From Patescibacteria group bacterium (lineage in GTDB: Bacteria; Patescibacteriota; Minisyncoccia; Minisyncoccales; Staskawiczbacteraceae), in the NCBI GenBank assembly GCA_018895235.1, contig JAHIOM010000013.1, positions 6,527 through 70,526 of the forward strand: a stretch of DNA of 64,000 nucleotides, in the 5' to 3' direction. The translations under genes were made by a program, and so were the position numbers. Of this stretch, positions 35,382 through 45,367 are shown piece after piece. Below the pieces are notes generated by a model, which ran no database searches, was not told the origin of the DNA, and was given only the letters and a program-made list of their open reading frames with translations. Each line of letters opens with the position of its first letter. Within the stretch, counting starts at the first letter, position 1.

Positions 35382-37346
35382 ATGCAACCGGCACAAAATA
35401 CCAGTCAGGTTTTAATCGTCTCAATTACCCCCTATTTTTTAGAAAAGGGGTTTTTGTGGTTTAAAGAAAATCTCAAAAAGATATTAAATGCTCAAAAGTC
35501 CCAAACATTTTTTCAAGATAATGTTTTATATTTGGAAAAAGATCAGGTTTTCAACCTGTCTCTGCTTTTAAGAAAATTGGAAGAAATGGGTTATGAAAAA
35601 GTTCTAAGGATTTCGGAACCGGGAGAATTTTCCCAGCAAGGCGGGATAATTGATGTTTTTCCTATAAATACAAAAAACGCTGTCAGATTTGATTTTTTAG
35701 GGAACAGAATTGAAACCATAGAATTATTAGATGCAGCGGTTGAAGATGAAGAAAAGGCAAAAGAAATACTAAAGAAAAAACTGAAATCCCAAAGGTTATT
35801 TTCTGATTTGAAGGGATTAAAACCCGGTGATTATTTAGTACATCTTGACCACGGCATAGGTAAATTCAATAATCTTCTGTCGCATAATAACGAAAACTAT
35901 TATCTTTTAGAATATAGCGAAGGGGATAAACTTTATGTGCCCTTGGGCCTTGAAAGAAAACTATCCCGATATGTCGGTTTTGTCGAACCGAAAGTTTCCC
36001 GCCTGGGTTCTTCTTTGTGGCAAAAAACAAAAAAGAAAATTAAAGAAGGGGCTGAAAAACTGGCAAAAGAATTGCTCGGGATTTATGCAAAAAGAGAGAT
36101 TGCTAAAAGACCTGCTTATCTGCCCAACGATGAATTTGATTCAGCAATTTCTTCAAATTTCAAATACGAAGAAACGCCAGACCAATCACAAGCAATTCAG
36201 GAAGTAATGAAAGACCTGGAAAAAACAAAACCAATGGACCGACTGGTCTGCGGCGATGTCGGATTCGGCAAAACCGAAGTCGCTTTAAGGGCAGCGGTTA
36301 AGGTTGTAAAGTCCGGCTATCAAACGGTTTTAATCGCACCAACAACAATTCTGGCTGACCAACATTTCCAGAATATTAAGAGCAGATTACAAGGATTACC
36401 AATTAAGGTTGCACTTTTAACTCGACTCCAATCGAAAAAAGAACAGAAAAAAATTATTGAAGATTTGAAAAACAATAAAGTTGATATTTTAATAGGCACG
36501 CACCGGATTTTGTCTGGCGATATTGTTCCGCTACTTTTTCAAAGGGACGAAACCGGGCTTTTGATAATTGATGATGAACAAAGGTTCGGCGTCAGACAAA
36601 AAGAAAAGTTAACGCAGTTGAGAAGCAAGATTGATATTTTGTCTTTATCGGCCACTCCCATCCCCCGCACCCTCTATCTTTCCCTCTCATCTTTAAGAGA
36701 CGTAAGTCTTATCCAAACCCCGCCCGAAGGCAGATTATCAGTTAAAACTTTTATCCTCCCTTGGTCAATAAAAATTGTTAAAATGGCAATCGAACAAGAA
36801 CTAAAACGCGGCGGCCAGGTTTATTATCTTCATAACCGAGTGGAGACAATTGATTTAACCAAAAAAGCGCTCCAAGATTTATTGCCCAATGTAAAATTTG
36901 CTATCGTTCACGGCAGAATGAGAGAAAAGGAATTAGTAAAAATAATGGATAATTTCCAACAAAAATCTATTAACGTTTTGATAGCAACAACTATTATTGA
37001 AAATGGTTTGGATATTCCAAATGTAAATACTTTAATAGTGTCTGATGCTACCCGGCTCGGATTATCCCAAGCCTATCAAATAAGGGGCAGGGTCGGCCGT
37101 TCCAATATTCAAGCTTTCGCCTACTTTTTTTATAATAAACAACTGAAAGGAAAAGCAGCTATAAGGTTGGCTGTTTTGAAAGAAGCCGAAGAATTGGGAT
37201 CTGGCTATCGTGTTGCAATGAAAGATTTGGAATTAAGAGGAGCGGGCAATATTTTGGGAAAAGAGCAGTCAGGCAGCATTAATAAAGTCGGTCTGAACTT
37301 ATATTGCCAGATGGTCGCTGAAGCGGTTGAAAAATTCAAAGAATAA
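35382..37346 (+). CDS. mfd: Transcription-repair coupling factor, compact form
   Basis: CarD/RID-like VHLDHGIG, GDVGFGKTE, DDEQRFG, SATPIPRT, QIRGRVGR, DLELRGAGN. Confidence 0.9.
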   Translation: MQPAQNTSQVLIVSITPYFLEKGFLWFKENLKKILNAQKSQTFFQDNVLYLEKDQVFNLSLLLRKLEEMGYEKVLRISEPGEFSQQGGIIDVFPINTKNAVRFDFLGNRIETIELLDAAVEDEEKAKEILKKKLKSQRLFSDLKGLKPGDYLVHLDHGIGKFNNLLSHNNENYYLLEYSEGDKLYVPLGLERKLSRYVGFVEPKVSRLGSSLWQKTKKKIKEGAEKLAKELLGIYAKREIAKRPAYLPNDEFDSAISSNFKYEETPDQSQAIQEVMKDLEKTKPMDRLVCGDVGFGKTEVALRAAVKVVKSGYQTVLIAPTTILADQHFQNIKSRLQGLPIKVALLTRLQSKKEQKKIIEDLKNNKVDILIGTHRILSGDIVPLLFQRDETGLLIIDDEQRFGVRQKEKLTQLRSKIDILSLSATPIPRTLYLSLSSLRDVSLIQTPPEGRLSVKTFILPWSIKIVKMAIEQELKRGGQVYYLHNRVETIDLTKKALQDLLPNVKFAIVHGRMREKELVKIMDNFQQKSINVLIATTIIENGLDIPNVNTLIVSDATRLGLSQAYQIRGRVGRSNIQAFAYFFYNKQLKGKAAIRLAVLKEAEELGSGYRVAMKDLELRGAGNILGKEQSGSINKVGLNLYCQMVAEAVEKFKE

Positions 37347-37360
37347 AAAAAACTAGCCTT

Positions 37361-37918
37361 TCAGCTAGTCGTTGGAACAGAATCTTTTTTAGGAATTGGA
37401 TTCATTTTTAAAGCATCAAAAACCGCAAGAGAAACTGAGGAAACTATTCCTTTTTTTTTGCCATTCACTTTAGCAATCATCTTTCCGCTTTCAATCCTAG
37501 CGGCTGACTCGACTTCGTCGAATTCCACCTCAATTCCGGATTCAAGGGTTAAAACATCACCGGGAACAATAAAACCATTAAACTTTACTAAAGCAATCTC
37601 TCTGGCGGCAAAAGCTTTGTTAATTAAAAGCGGAGACATTTCAGGATGTTTGCTAATAAGTACTCCGAGAAGCTGAAAAGCCATCTCTGGTATTTCAACC
37701 CCTCTCATAACGGGCATCCCTGGAATCGGTTCATGACCCTCACAAACCTCTGCCGTTACAAGAAATTCTCCAACGACTTTATTTTCCATAATAATAACTT
37801 TATCCAAAAGCAACATTCTGCCACGATGGAATAAAATTGTCATAATTTCTTCTTTATCAACAATAATTTCTTTTTTGCCAACAAAAAAATCACCAATCCA
37901 TTTAATTACTCTTTTCAT
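37361..37918 (-). CDS. FabZ/FabA-like hot-dog dehydratase
   Basis: HRGRMLLLDKV, EGHEP..PVMRGV...EMAFQ. Confidence 0.7.
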   Translation of the reverse strand: MKRVIKWIGDFFVGKKEIIVDKEEIMTILFHRGRMLLLDKVIIMENKVVGEFLVTAEVCEGHEPIPGMPVMRGVEIPEMAFQLLGVLISKHPEMSPLLINKAFAAREIALVKFNGFIVPGDVLTLESGIEVEFDEVESAARIESGKMIAKVNGKKKGIVSSVSLAVFDALKMNPIPKKDSVPTTS

Positions 37919-38006
37919 ATTATTCTCCCATAAAAATGTTGTCTAAGAGCTGGTTTAGATTCTACATTAAAATCCTAAAATTTCAAGGGTTCTGGTCTTT
38001 TGTGCT

Positions 38007-38070
38007 ATAATTGCAAGCGAGGGAGGAGAAGAAAAAAACATTTTTATTCTCCGACCGAGTGCACAATTAT
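38007..38070. repeat. ATAATT-bounded hairpin repeat, copy 5
   Basis: ATAATTGCAAGCGAGGGAGGAGAA...TTCTCCGACCGAGTGCACAATTAT. Confidence 0.7.
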
Positions 38071-38097
38071 GTGGTAATAACCACAATAATTATTAGA

Positions 38098-38967
38098 ATG
38101 GAAGAGATAAAACAGATAAAAATCGAGGACAGAAACTATCCCGAATTGCTCAAGAGGATTCCTGATCCGCCGAAGGTTCTGTATTTCAGGGGTGAATTTA
38201 AAAAGGAAGAATTCTGTTTCGGGGTAGTCGGCACAAGAAGATATTCTGCTTATGGCAGACAATCAACCTTTGATATTGTCGGAAAGCTAGCTGAAAAAGG
38301 ACTAACAATTGTTTCTGGATTAGCGCCCGGGATAGATACATTCGCTCACCAGGTATGCGTTGAAAGAAAGAAAAGGACAATTGCTGTTTTGGGGACGGGT
38401 TTGGATGAAAAGAGTATTTATCCCCAATCAAACCTAAAACTAGCAAGAAAAATTATAGAAACAGGCGGATGTTTAATATCAGAACTGCCCCCCGGAACTC
38501 CGGGTTCAAAGTTTACTTTTCCCAAAAGAAATCGTATTATATCGGGACTATCTCGCGGGCTTTTGGTGGTTGAGGCAAAGAATAAATCCGGCTCTTTAAT
38601 TACGGCCAAATATGCTTTTGAACAAAACCGACCCCTGTTTGCCGTACCCGGCCCTATTTATTCTTCCAATTCGGCCGGACCTCACAAATTAATAAAAAAG
38701 GGAGCCAAATTAGTTGACAATCCCAATGATATCCTGCAAGAATTAAACCTGCCTGTTTTGGAAAATAAAAATGACGAGACAAACAGTGTTCATAATTTAG
38801 AGGAGTTATTAATTCTCAGGGTTTTAAAAGAGGAATCATTACATATTGATAAAATAATAGAGAAAACAAAATTAAAAACCACTACTGTTGCTAGCACCCT
38901 CGCGGTTTTAGAAATACAGGAAAAGGTAAGAAACCTTGGGGGAAATGTCTACGGAGTGATACATTAA
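38098..38967 (+). CDS. dprA: DNA-processing protein DprA
   Basis: VVGTR, VSGLAPGID, FPKRNRIISG, SGSLITA; start ATG 38098. Confidence 0.93.
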   Translation: MEEIKQIKIEDRNYPELLKRIPDPPKVLYFRGEFKKEEFCFGVVGTRRYSAYGRQSTFDIVGKLAEKGLTIVSGLAPGIDTFAHQVCVERKKRTIAVLGTGLDEKSIYPQSNLKLARKIIETGGCLISELPPGTPGSKFTFPKRNRIISGLSRGLLVVEAKNKSGSLITAKYAFEQNRPLFAVPGPIYSSNSAGPHKLIKKGAKLVDNPNDILQELNLPVLENKNDETNSVHNLEELLILRVLKEESLHIDKIIEKTKLKTTTVASTLAVLEIQEKVRNLGGNVYGVIH

Positions 38968-38971
38968 ATTT

Positions 38972-41002
38972 ATGAATTTAGTTATCGTTGAAAGCCCAAC
39001 CAAGGCAAACACAATTCAAAAGTTTTTAGGAAGCGATTATAAAGTACTTTCTTCTTTTGGCCACATAAGAGATTTACCAAAGAATGAATTGGGGGTGGAC
39101 GTTGAAAATGATTTTACGCCAAGATACGTTATTCCACCAAAAGCCAAAAAAACCTTGTCTGCGTTAAAAAAAGAGATCAAGAAAGACACTAAAACCATAC
39201 TGGCCACCGATGAAGACCGGGAAGGAGAAGCAATCGCCTGGCACTTATCAGAAGTTTTAAAATTGGAAAAACCAGAAAGAATCGTCTTCCATGAAATCAC
39301 TAAAACAGCTATTAAAGAGGCGATCCAAAATCCAAGATCTATTAATATGGATTTAGTTGATGCCCAGCAGGCAAGAAGGATTTTAGACAGAATAGTCGGA
39401 TATAAGCTTTCTCCCTTCCTTTGGAAAAAAGTTGCCAAGGGCCTTTCAGCCGGCAGGGTTCAGTCAGTAACCGTAAGGTTAGTTGTTGAAAGGGAAAGAG
39501 AAATAGAAAAGTTTGTACCGCAAGAATATTGGACCATTGAGGCTTTATTTAAAAAAGAAAATAACGAATTTAAAACAACTCTAGTCAAAAAGGACGAAAA
39601 ACCGATAGATAAATTGGATATTAAATCAAAAAAAGAGGCTGATGAAATTGTAAGTGATTTAGAGGGCGCGCAATATAAAGTAATAAATATTGAAAAAAAA
39701 GAAACGAAGAAGAACCCTTTTCCTCCGCTTACCACCAGCACCCTGCAGCAAGAGGCCTGGAAACGACTCCGCTATCCGGCTAAATTCACTATGAAAATAG
39801 CCCAGGATCTTTATGAAGAGGGTCATATTACTTACCATAGGACTGATTCGGTTAACCTATCTAAAACAGCTTTGTTTTCAGCCAAGAAATTCATTGAGGA
39901 AAATTACGGTGAAAATTATTGGTCGGGCTATTTAAGACAGTATAAATCAAAAGGAAGAACCCAAGAAGCTCATGAGGCAATTAGACCAACTTATGCTGAA
40001 AATGCACCCGAAAAATTAAAACTAGATGACAAACATTTAAAGATTTACAAACTTATTTGGCAAAGGTTTATCGCCTGCCAGATGGCTCAAGCTATATTTG
40101 ATGCAACGACTATTGATGTTGATGCTAAAAATTACGGTTTCCGGACAACGGGCCAAATCTTAAAGTTTGATGGTTTTTTAAAAATCTACCCTATGAAATT
40201 TACTGAGGAGCAACTGCCGGATTTAGAAAAAAACGAAGTTTTAAAATTAGTAAAAATCCTCCCCGACCAGCATTTTACAGAACCTAGCGCAAGATATAAT
40301 GAGGCAACCCTGATTAAAGCTTTGGAACAGAATGGAATCGGCAGGCCGTCTACCTACGCTCCGATTTTATCCACCATCCAAGAAAGAAACTATATTGAAA
40401 AAAACGAACAAAGAAGATTTAAACCAACCGAAATCGGCTTTGTAGTAAATGATTTATTGGTAGAACATTTCCCAGAGGTTGTTGATGTGGATTTTACCGC
40501 CAAAATGGAGAAAGAATTAGACGAAGTAGCAGAAGGAAAGGATACATTAGTGAAAACCTGCAAAGATTTCTATACTCCCTTTTCTAAAAATTTAAAGGAA
40601 AAATATAAGGAAGTTTCAAAATCAGACATCACCGATAAACCAACAGACAAAGTCTGCCCGAAATGCGGTTCGCCCTTAATTGAGAAACTTGGAAGATTCG
40701 GCAGATTCTATGCCTGCTCTAAATTCCCCGAGTGTAAATACACCGAATCCTTACCAGAAAATAATTTAGGAATAAAATGCCCAAAATGCAACAAAGGCAA
40801 GATTGTTGAAAAAAGAACTAAAAGAGGAAAAATATTTTATGCCTGCAACCAATTCCCGAAATGCGAATTCGCTCTCTGGGATAAACCGATAAATGAAAAT
40901 TGCCCAAAATGCGATTCCCCGCTTGTAGAAAAGGCAAAAAACATAAAATGTTCTAACAAAGAGTGTGATTATCGTTTAACAAAAAACAAAGATGTTCGAT
41001 AA
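38972..41002 (+). CDS. topA: DNA topoisomerase I
   Basis: IVESPTK, DEDREGE, SAGRVQS, ITYHRTDS, C-terminal Zn ribbons. Confidence 0.95.
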   Translation: MNLVIVESPTKANTIQKFLGSDYKVLSSFGHIRDLPKNELGVDVENDFTPRYVIPPKAKKTLSALKKEIKKDTKTILATDEDREGEAIAWHLSEVLKLEKPERIVFHEITKTAIKEAIQNPRSINMDLVDAQQARRILDRIVGYKLSPFLWKKVAKGLSAGRVQSVTVRLVVEREREIEKFVPQEYWTIEALFKKENNEFKTTLVKKDEKPIDKLDIKSKKEADEIVSDLEGAQYKVINIEKKETKKNPFPPLTTSTLQQEAWKRLRYPAKFTMKIAQDLYEEGHITYHRTDSVNLSKTALFSAKKFIEENYGENYWSGYLRQYKSKGRTQEAHEAIRPTYAENAPEKLKLDDKHLKIYKLIWQRFIACQMAQAIFDATTIDVDAKNYGFRTTGQILKFDGFLKIYPMKFTEEQLPDLEKNEVLKLVKILPDQHFTEPSARYNEATLIKALEQNGIGRPSTYAPILSTIQERNYIEKNEQRRFKPTEIGFVVNDLLVEHFPEVVDVDFTAKMEKELDEVAEGKDTLVKTCKDFYTPFSKNLKEKYKEVSKSDITDKPTDKVCPKCGSPLIEKLGRFGRFYACSKFPECKYTESLPENNLGIKCPKCNKGKIVEKRTKRGKIFYACNQFPKCEFALWDKPINENCPKCDSPLVEKAKNIKCSNKECDYRLTKNKDVR

Positions 41003-42761
41003 AATAGATAAAATTAGAAGTATAATCAAAAAATCTTCCAACCCAAAATTAATTGAGGAAGCATTTAGATTTGCTGAAACCGCCTATAAAGGTAAACAAA
41101 GAATTTCTGGTGAAAACTATATTGACCACACAACAAGAGTCGCTCTAATGCTTGATTCAATAAGTTCTGATCCTGAAATAATCGCTGCCGGCCTTTTGCA
41201 TGATGTTTTAGACGATCTTCCGCAAACTATGGTGACCAAACAACTAAATGAGTTAGAAAGAAAATTCGGAAAAGAAATTGCGTTTTTTGTGGAAAGAAAC
41301 CCGGAAATTCATAAGGTCCGCTATCCATTGCTAATAGATATAAAAGAAAAAACAAGGTTCACTAAAGAAAAATTTGAGAAACTCCAAAAGATGTTTTTCG
41401 CTTTGGCCCAGGATTTAAGGGTGGTTTTGATAGAATTAAGTTCCAGAATAGATAATTTGAATAATCTATTTTCTTTACCCCAAGAAAAACAAAAAATATA
41501 CGCTCTGGAAACTTTAAAAATATTTGTTCCAATAGCTGAAAGATTGGGCATCTGGGAGATAAAATCCCGACTTGAAGATCTTTCTTTTTCTTATCTTTTC
41601 CCAGAAAAATTTACTTGGTTGAAGTCTTATATCAAAACAGAATATGAGGAAAGAAAAAAGTATCTTAAATCTTTCTCTAAGCATCTTAAAAAAATACTAG
41701 GAAAAGAAAGGATTCTGGTTTTGGATATGAACTGGCGGCCGAAAAGTTATTGGAGCACCTACAAAAAACTGCTGAAAAAGAATATGGACATTGAAAAGGT
41801 TCATGATTTATTGGCTCTACGGATAATAGTTAAAGATATTAAAAGTTGCTATAAAACCCTAGGAATTATCCATAAATATTATAAACCTCTTTACGAGGAG
41901 ATTGATGATTACATAGCCAAGCCAAAATCAAATGGTTATCGTTCTTTACACACTACGGTTTTTTGCGAAAAGGGACATATTACAGAAATTCAGATTAGAA
42001 CGCCTATAATGCATAGGGAGGCAGAATATGGTATCTGCGCCCACTGGGCTTACAAAGAAAAAATTGACCTGAAAAAAGATAAGGAAAACCTTGAATTTAT
42101 AAAAGAAATCCCGGAATTTTGGAGAACCTTTAAAATTGATTTCTACAAAAACCAAGTTTTTGTTTTTACTCCGCGTGGCGATGTAATTATTTTGCCCGAA
42201 AATGCGACACCTGTTGATTTTGCCTATGCAGTGCATTCAGATATCGGAAATCATTGTGAAGCGGCTAAAATCAATAATAAAATTGCTAATTTGTCCCAAC
42301 CTTTAAAAAACGGCGATATTGTAGAAATTATTGTAAATAAAAAAAGAAGCCCTTCAACGGACTGGTTAAAGTTTGTAAAAAGTAATTTGGCTATCTCGCA
42401 AATTAAAAAAGAACTAACAAAAAAAACCATACTGAATAAGATCGCTTCTTTGGGTAAAATTCCCTCTTTTGTTAAAAGAAAGGTTTTTGAGGTTTCAGAA
42501 AGAATTACAAAAAAAGCCATGCCTGCCGGCAAACAAAAAAAACCAGAAAAAGAAAAAACGCAGGAAATTTACATTGCCGGCGAAAAAGGAATTTTGGTTC
42601 ACAAAGCTAAGTGCTGCAACCCTGAACCAGGTGATAAAATTATAGCCTATATTTCAAAATATAGAGCTGCTGTTCTGCATAAAACATCTTGCAAAAATTT
42701 CAAGAAATTAGCGGAAAAAAACCCGGAAAGAGTTATCGAGGCCTCCTGGGGTAAGGATTGA
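40992..42761 (+). CDS. RelA/SpoT homolog (HD, synthetase, TGS)
   Basis: LHDV, RPKSYWS, DLLALRI, YRSLHT, EIQIRT, TPVDFAY.VHS. Confidence 0.9.
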   Translation: MFDKIDKIRSIIKKSSNPKLIEEAFRFAETAYKGKQRISGENYIDHTTRVALMLDSISSDPEIIAAGLLHDVLDDLPQTMVTKQLNELERKFGKEIAFFVERNPEIHKVRYPLLIDIKEKTRFTKEKFEKLQKMFFALAQDLRVVLIELSSRIDNLNNLFSLPQEKQKIYALETLKIFVPIAERLGIWEIKSRLEDLSFSYLFPEKFTWLKSYIKTEYEERKKYLKSFSKHLKKILGKERILVLDMNWRPKSYWSTYKKLLKKNMDIEKVHDLLALRIIVKDIKSCYKTLGIIHKYYKPLYEEIDDYIAKPKSNGYRSLHTTVFCEKGHITEIQIRTPIMHREAEYGICAHWAYKEKIDLKKDKENLEFIKEIPEFWRTFKIDFYKNQVFVFTPRGDVIILPENATPVDFAYAVHSDIGNHCEAAKINNKIANLSQPLKNGDIVEIIVNKKRSPSTDWLKFVKSNLAISQIKKELTKKTILNKIASLGKIPSFVKRKVFEVSERITKKAMPAGKQKKPEKEKTQEIYIAGEKGILVHKAKCCNPEPGDKIIAYISKYRAAVLHKTSCKNFKKLAEKNPERVIEASWGKD

Positions 42762-42795
42762 AAATTACTCTTAAAAGTGATATAATATAGAGAAA

Positions 42796-42882
42796 GCCGG
42801 GGTGGTGAAATTGGCAAACACGCAGGTTTCAAAAACCTGTGAGCGCAAGCTCTTGAGGGTTCAAGTCCCTCCCTCGGCACCA
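42796..42882 (+). tRNA. tRNA-Leu(CAA)
   Basis: GCCGGGG/CCTCGGC acceptor, CAGGT-TTCAAAA-ACCTG anticodon arm, long variable arm, encoded CCA. Confidence 0.93.
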
Positions 42883-42887
42883 ACTAT

Positions 42888-43505
42888 ATGAGAGGTTATT
42901 TTCGCAATACTATTCTTAATAAAGATAAACTTCTGCAGTCCTATATTATAGGGCTAGCTATCGGCGATGGAAATCTATCTAATCCAAACGGCCGCGCAAC
43001 AAGATTAAGAATTACCTGCGACAAAAAATATCCGTTATTAATTAAGCGGATAGCTAATTCATTAAAGGCGTTGCTACCTATTAATAAAGTAAGTATTGTT
43101 AATCGCAAAGAAAATTGCGTAGATGTAAGTATTTTTTCCAATCATTTAGAAAAATTACTCGGCTGGAAGGCTGAAAATGGTTCAAAGATGGCACAAAAAG
43201 TATCAATACCAAGTTGGATAAAACAGAAAAACGAATATAAAATTAGTTGTTTAAAGGGATTAATAGAAACAGACGGTTCAATTTATTCTGACAGAAATTA
43301 TAAAATGATGATGTTTACTACAATAATTAATAAACTGGCAAAAGATTTTTATGGGATGATTGTTTCACTGGGTTTTAATCCTCATATCTATAGAATAGAA
43401 AGGAAAACTAATATATATAATTTTAACAAACAAATAGAGTATAACATTAGATTATCTAAAAACGTTTTAAAATTTTTAGATTTAGTCCGACCGGAAAAAA
43501 GTTAG
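42888..43505 (+). CDS. Free-standing LAGLIDADG-type endonuclease
   Basis: Two motifs: YIIGLAIGDGNL and LKGLIETDGSI. Confidence 0.8.
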   Translation: MRGYFRNTILNKDKLLQSYIIGLAIGDGNLSNPNGRATRLRITCDKKYPLLIKRIANSLKALLPINKVSIVNRKENCVDVSIFSNHLEKLLGWKAENGSKMAQKVSIPSWIKQKNEYKISCLKGLIETDGSIYSDRNYKMMMFTTIINKLAKDFYGMIVSLGFNPHIYRIERKTNIYNFNKQIEYNIRLSKNVLKFLDLVRPEKS

Positions 43506-43521
43506 TTTTTTCTACGGCACT

Positions 43522-43557
43522 TAAATAAAAACGGGGGTAAACCCCCGTTTTTATTTA
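43522..43557. terminator. Bidirectional terminator
   Basis: TAAATAAAAACGGGGG-taaa-CCCCCGTTTTTATTTA perfect IR between convergent genes. Confidence 0.85.
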
Positions 43558-43575
43558 CAAGAATAGTTTATCTTT

Positions 43576-43920
43576 TTATCTCTCGTTCCAATCAACTCGA
43601 GTGTTATTCCTCGAAGCGTCTTTTTCGGTAAATCCTTGGGGATACCGTTTTTTTAGTTTATCTAAGTTCTCCTGTAATATTTTATCTAGATCCCATCCAA
43701 AGAAGTTGCAGATCATTGCCATATACCACATCATATCTCCAAGATTTTCTTTAACACCGGCTTTCTGATCGTTCCCATGAGAAAAGGTTTTTTTAATACA
43801 ACCTGCTACGTCTCCTCCTTCGCCAGCAATACCCAATCCCCAAGTCATAATTTCTTTTTCTGGGTTATCAAACTTTTTTGCAGTTGTTTTACAAAATTCT
43901 TGATATTCTTTTAAAGTCAT
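43576..43920 (-). CDS. MazG-like nucleotide pyrophosphohydrolase
   Basis: LGIAGEGGDV...ENLGDMMWY...NLDKLKKRYP; start ATG 43920. Confidence 0.85.
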   Translation of the reverse strand: MTLKEYQEFCKTTAKKFDNPEKEIMTWGLGIAGEGGDVAGCIKKTFSHGNDQKAGVKENLGDMMWYMAMICNFFGWDLDKILQENLDKLKKRYPQGFTEKDASRNNTRVDWNER

Positions 43921-43926
43921 AGTTTT

Positions 43927-43987
43927 ATAATTGGCAACGAGCAAGGAATGAAAATTTATTTTAATTCCGAGCGAGTGAACCAATTAT
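43927..43987. repeat. ATAATT-bounded hairpin repeat, copy 6
   Basis: Ends nearly identical to copy 1: ATAATTGGCAACGAG...CCGAGCGAGTGAACCAATTAT. Confidence 0.75.
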
Positions 43988-44006
43988 ATAAATATTGAAG
44001 ATATTT

Positions 44007-44534
44007 CTATTTTTTAAATTTTAATAATTTACTAATTAACCAGCCGGAAAAAATACCGACCACTGCTCCGGCTAAAATATCCAATGGCCAATGTACTCCG
44101 ACGAATATTCTGCTTGTGGAAACCAGAAAAGCACCCGCAAAAAAGAGAACACCAACTTTTTTATTATACAAATACACCACCATTGCTAAACCAAAAGTAA
44201 AAGAAGCGTGACCAGAGGGGAAAGATTGTTGGTTTACTTTATCTATCAGTAAATTAATATTGCTATCTATAAATGGTCTTAGGCGCGGTTTAAACAAACG
44301 AATTAGCCCCGTAATAACAAACCTGGCCGTTAAAGCCGAGGATAAAGCAATAAAAATTATTTTCCAGTTTTTTCTTGATTTAAGTAAAAACAAGAATAAA
44401 GCTGCTATCATCAGATACACGAAATATTTTGCGAAGAATACGCCCAAAATATCAAGCCACTCCCATTTGAAAGCAAGCTGGTTGATTAATTGGAATAATT
44501 GGTAGTCTAAATTCTTAATAATGTCTAAAATCAT
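44007..44534 (-). CDS. PAP2 family phosphatase (undecaprenyl-PP phosphatase-like)
   Basis: R.RP, SFPSGH, SRIFVGVHWPLD. Confidence 0.9.
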   Translation of the reverse strand: MILDIIKNLDYQLFQLINQLAFKWEWLDILGVFFAKYFVYLMIAALFLFLLKSRKNWKIIFIALSSALTARFVITGLIRLFKPRLRPFIDSNINLLIDKVNQQSFPSGHASFTFGLAMVVYLYNKKVGVLFFAGAFLVSTSRIFVGVHWPLDILAGAVVGIFSGWLISKLLKFKK

Positions 44535-45367
44535 TTTGCATTTTGATTAAGTTTTACTAAATTTTCTAACAAGCAGGCAACAGTCAAAGGCCCCACTCCT
44601 CCCGGCACAGGGGTAATGAACTTTGCCTTTTTGGCAACTGATTTGAAATCAACATCACCGATTAATTTGCCCTGCTTTAAGCTGGTACCGGCATCAATAA
44701 TTATTACTCCTTTTTTTACCATAGAACCATTTATCAAATTCGGTTTTCCAACCCCCGAGATTATAATGTCGGATTTTTTAAGGAAGTTGTAAGCATCTTC
44801 GGTAAATTCATTAATTATAGAAACTGTTGCTTTTTGTTTTAATAACCAGATAGCCAGGGGGAAACCGACTAATCTGCCAGCCCCGACCAAAAGGATATCT
44901 TTGCTTTTCACTGAAATTTTATAACTGTTTAATAGGTGCAATATGGCCCCAACCACAGGCGGTAAAACAGATAAATTACCCGTATAAAATTTCCCCAGGT
45001 TCTTTTCAGATAAAATATCAACATCTTTGTCTTGAAGTATAATATTCAAAATTTCCTGGTCTTTTTCCCTCAAATGTTTAGGGAGGGGTAACTGTACAAT
45101 GGCACCAGAAACATCTGGGTTTTTGTTTGTTCTTTCTATTTCTTTTTTAAGTATAGGAAAAGAAGTTTTGTTGGGAAGTTTTAATAGCGAAAATTTTATT
45201 CCGACTTTCCTACAAGCAATTTCTTTTTGTTTGACAAATATTTTAGAAACTTGGTCATCACCCACTAAAACCACAACCAATTTTAATTTAAGGTTCTTTT
45301 TTTTAATTTCTTTTTTAAGGTTTCCTAGAATTTCTTGTGCTATTTTTTTACCATTTAAAAGTTTCAT
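44531..45367 (-). CDS. folD: Methylenetetrahydrofolate dehydrogenase/cyclohydrolase
   Basis: VQLPLP, KDVD, GDVDF, TPVPGGVGPLT. Confidence 0.92.
   Translation of the reverse strand: MKLLNGKKIAQEILGNLKKEIKKKNLKLKLVVVLVGDDQVSKIFVKQKEIACRKVGIKFSLLKLPNKTSFPILKKEIERTNKNPDVSGAIVQLPLPKHLREKDQEILNIILQDKDVDILSEKNLGKFYTGNLSVLPPVVGAILHLLNSYKISVKSKDILLVGAGRLVGFPLAIWLLKQKATVSIINEFTEDAYNFLKKSDIIISGVGKPNLINGSMVKKGVIIIDAGTSLKQGKLIGDVDFKSVAKKAKFITPVPGGVGPLTVACLLENLVKLNQNAK

Noticed and set aside
42647-42883. 78-aa minus-strand ORF
   Set aside because: It is the antisense reading of tRNA-Leu and the end of the RelA/SpoT gene.
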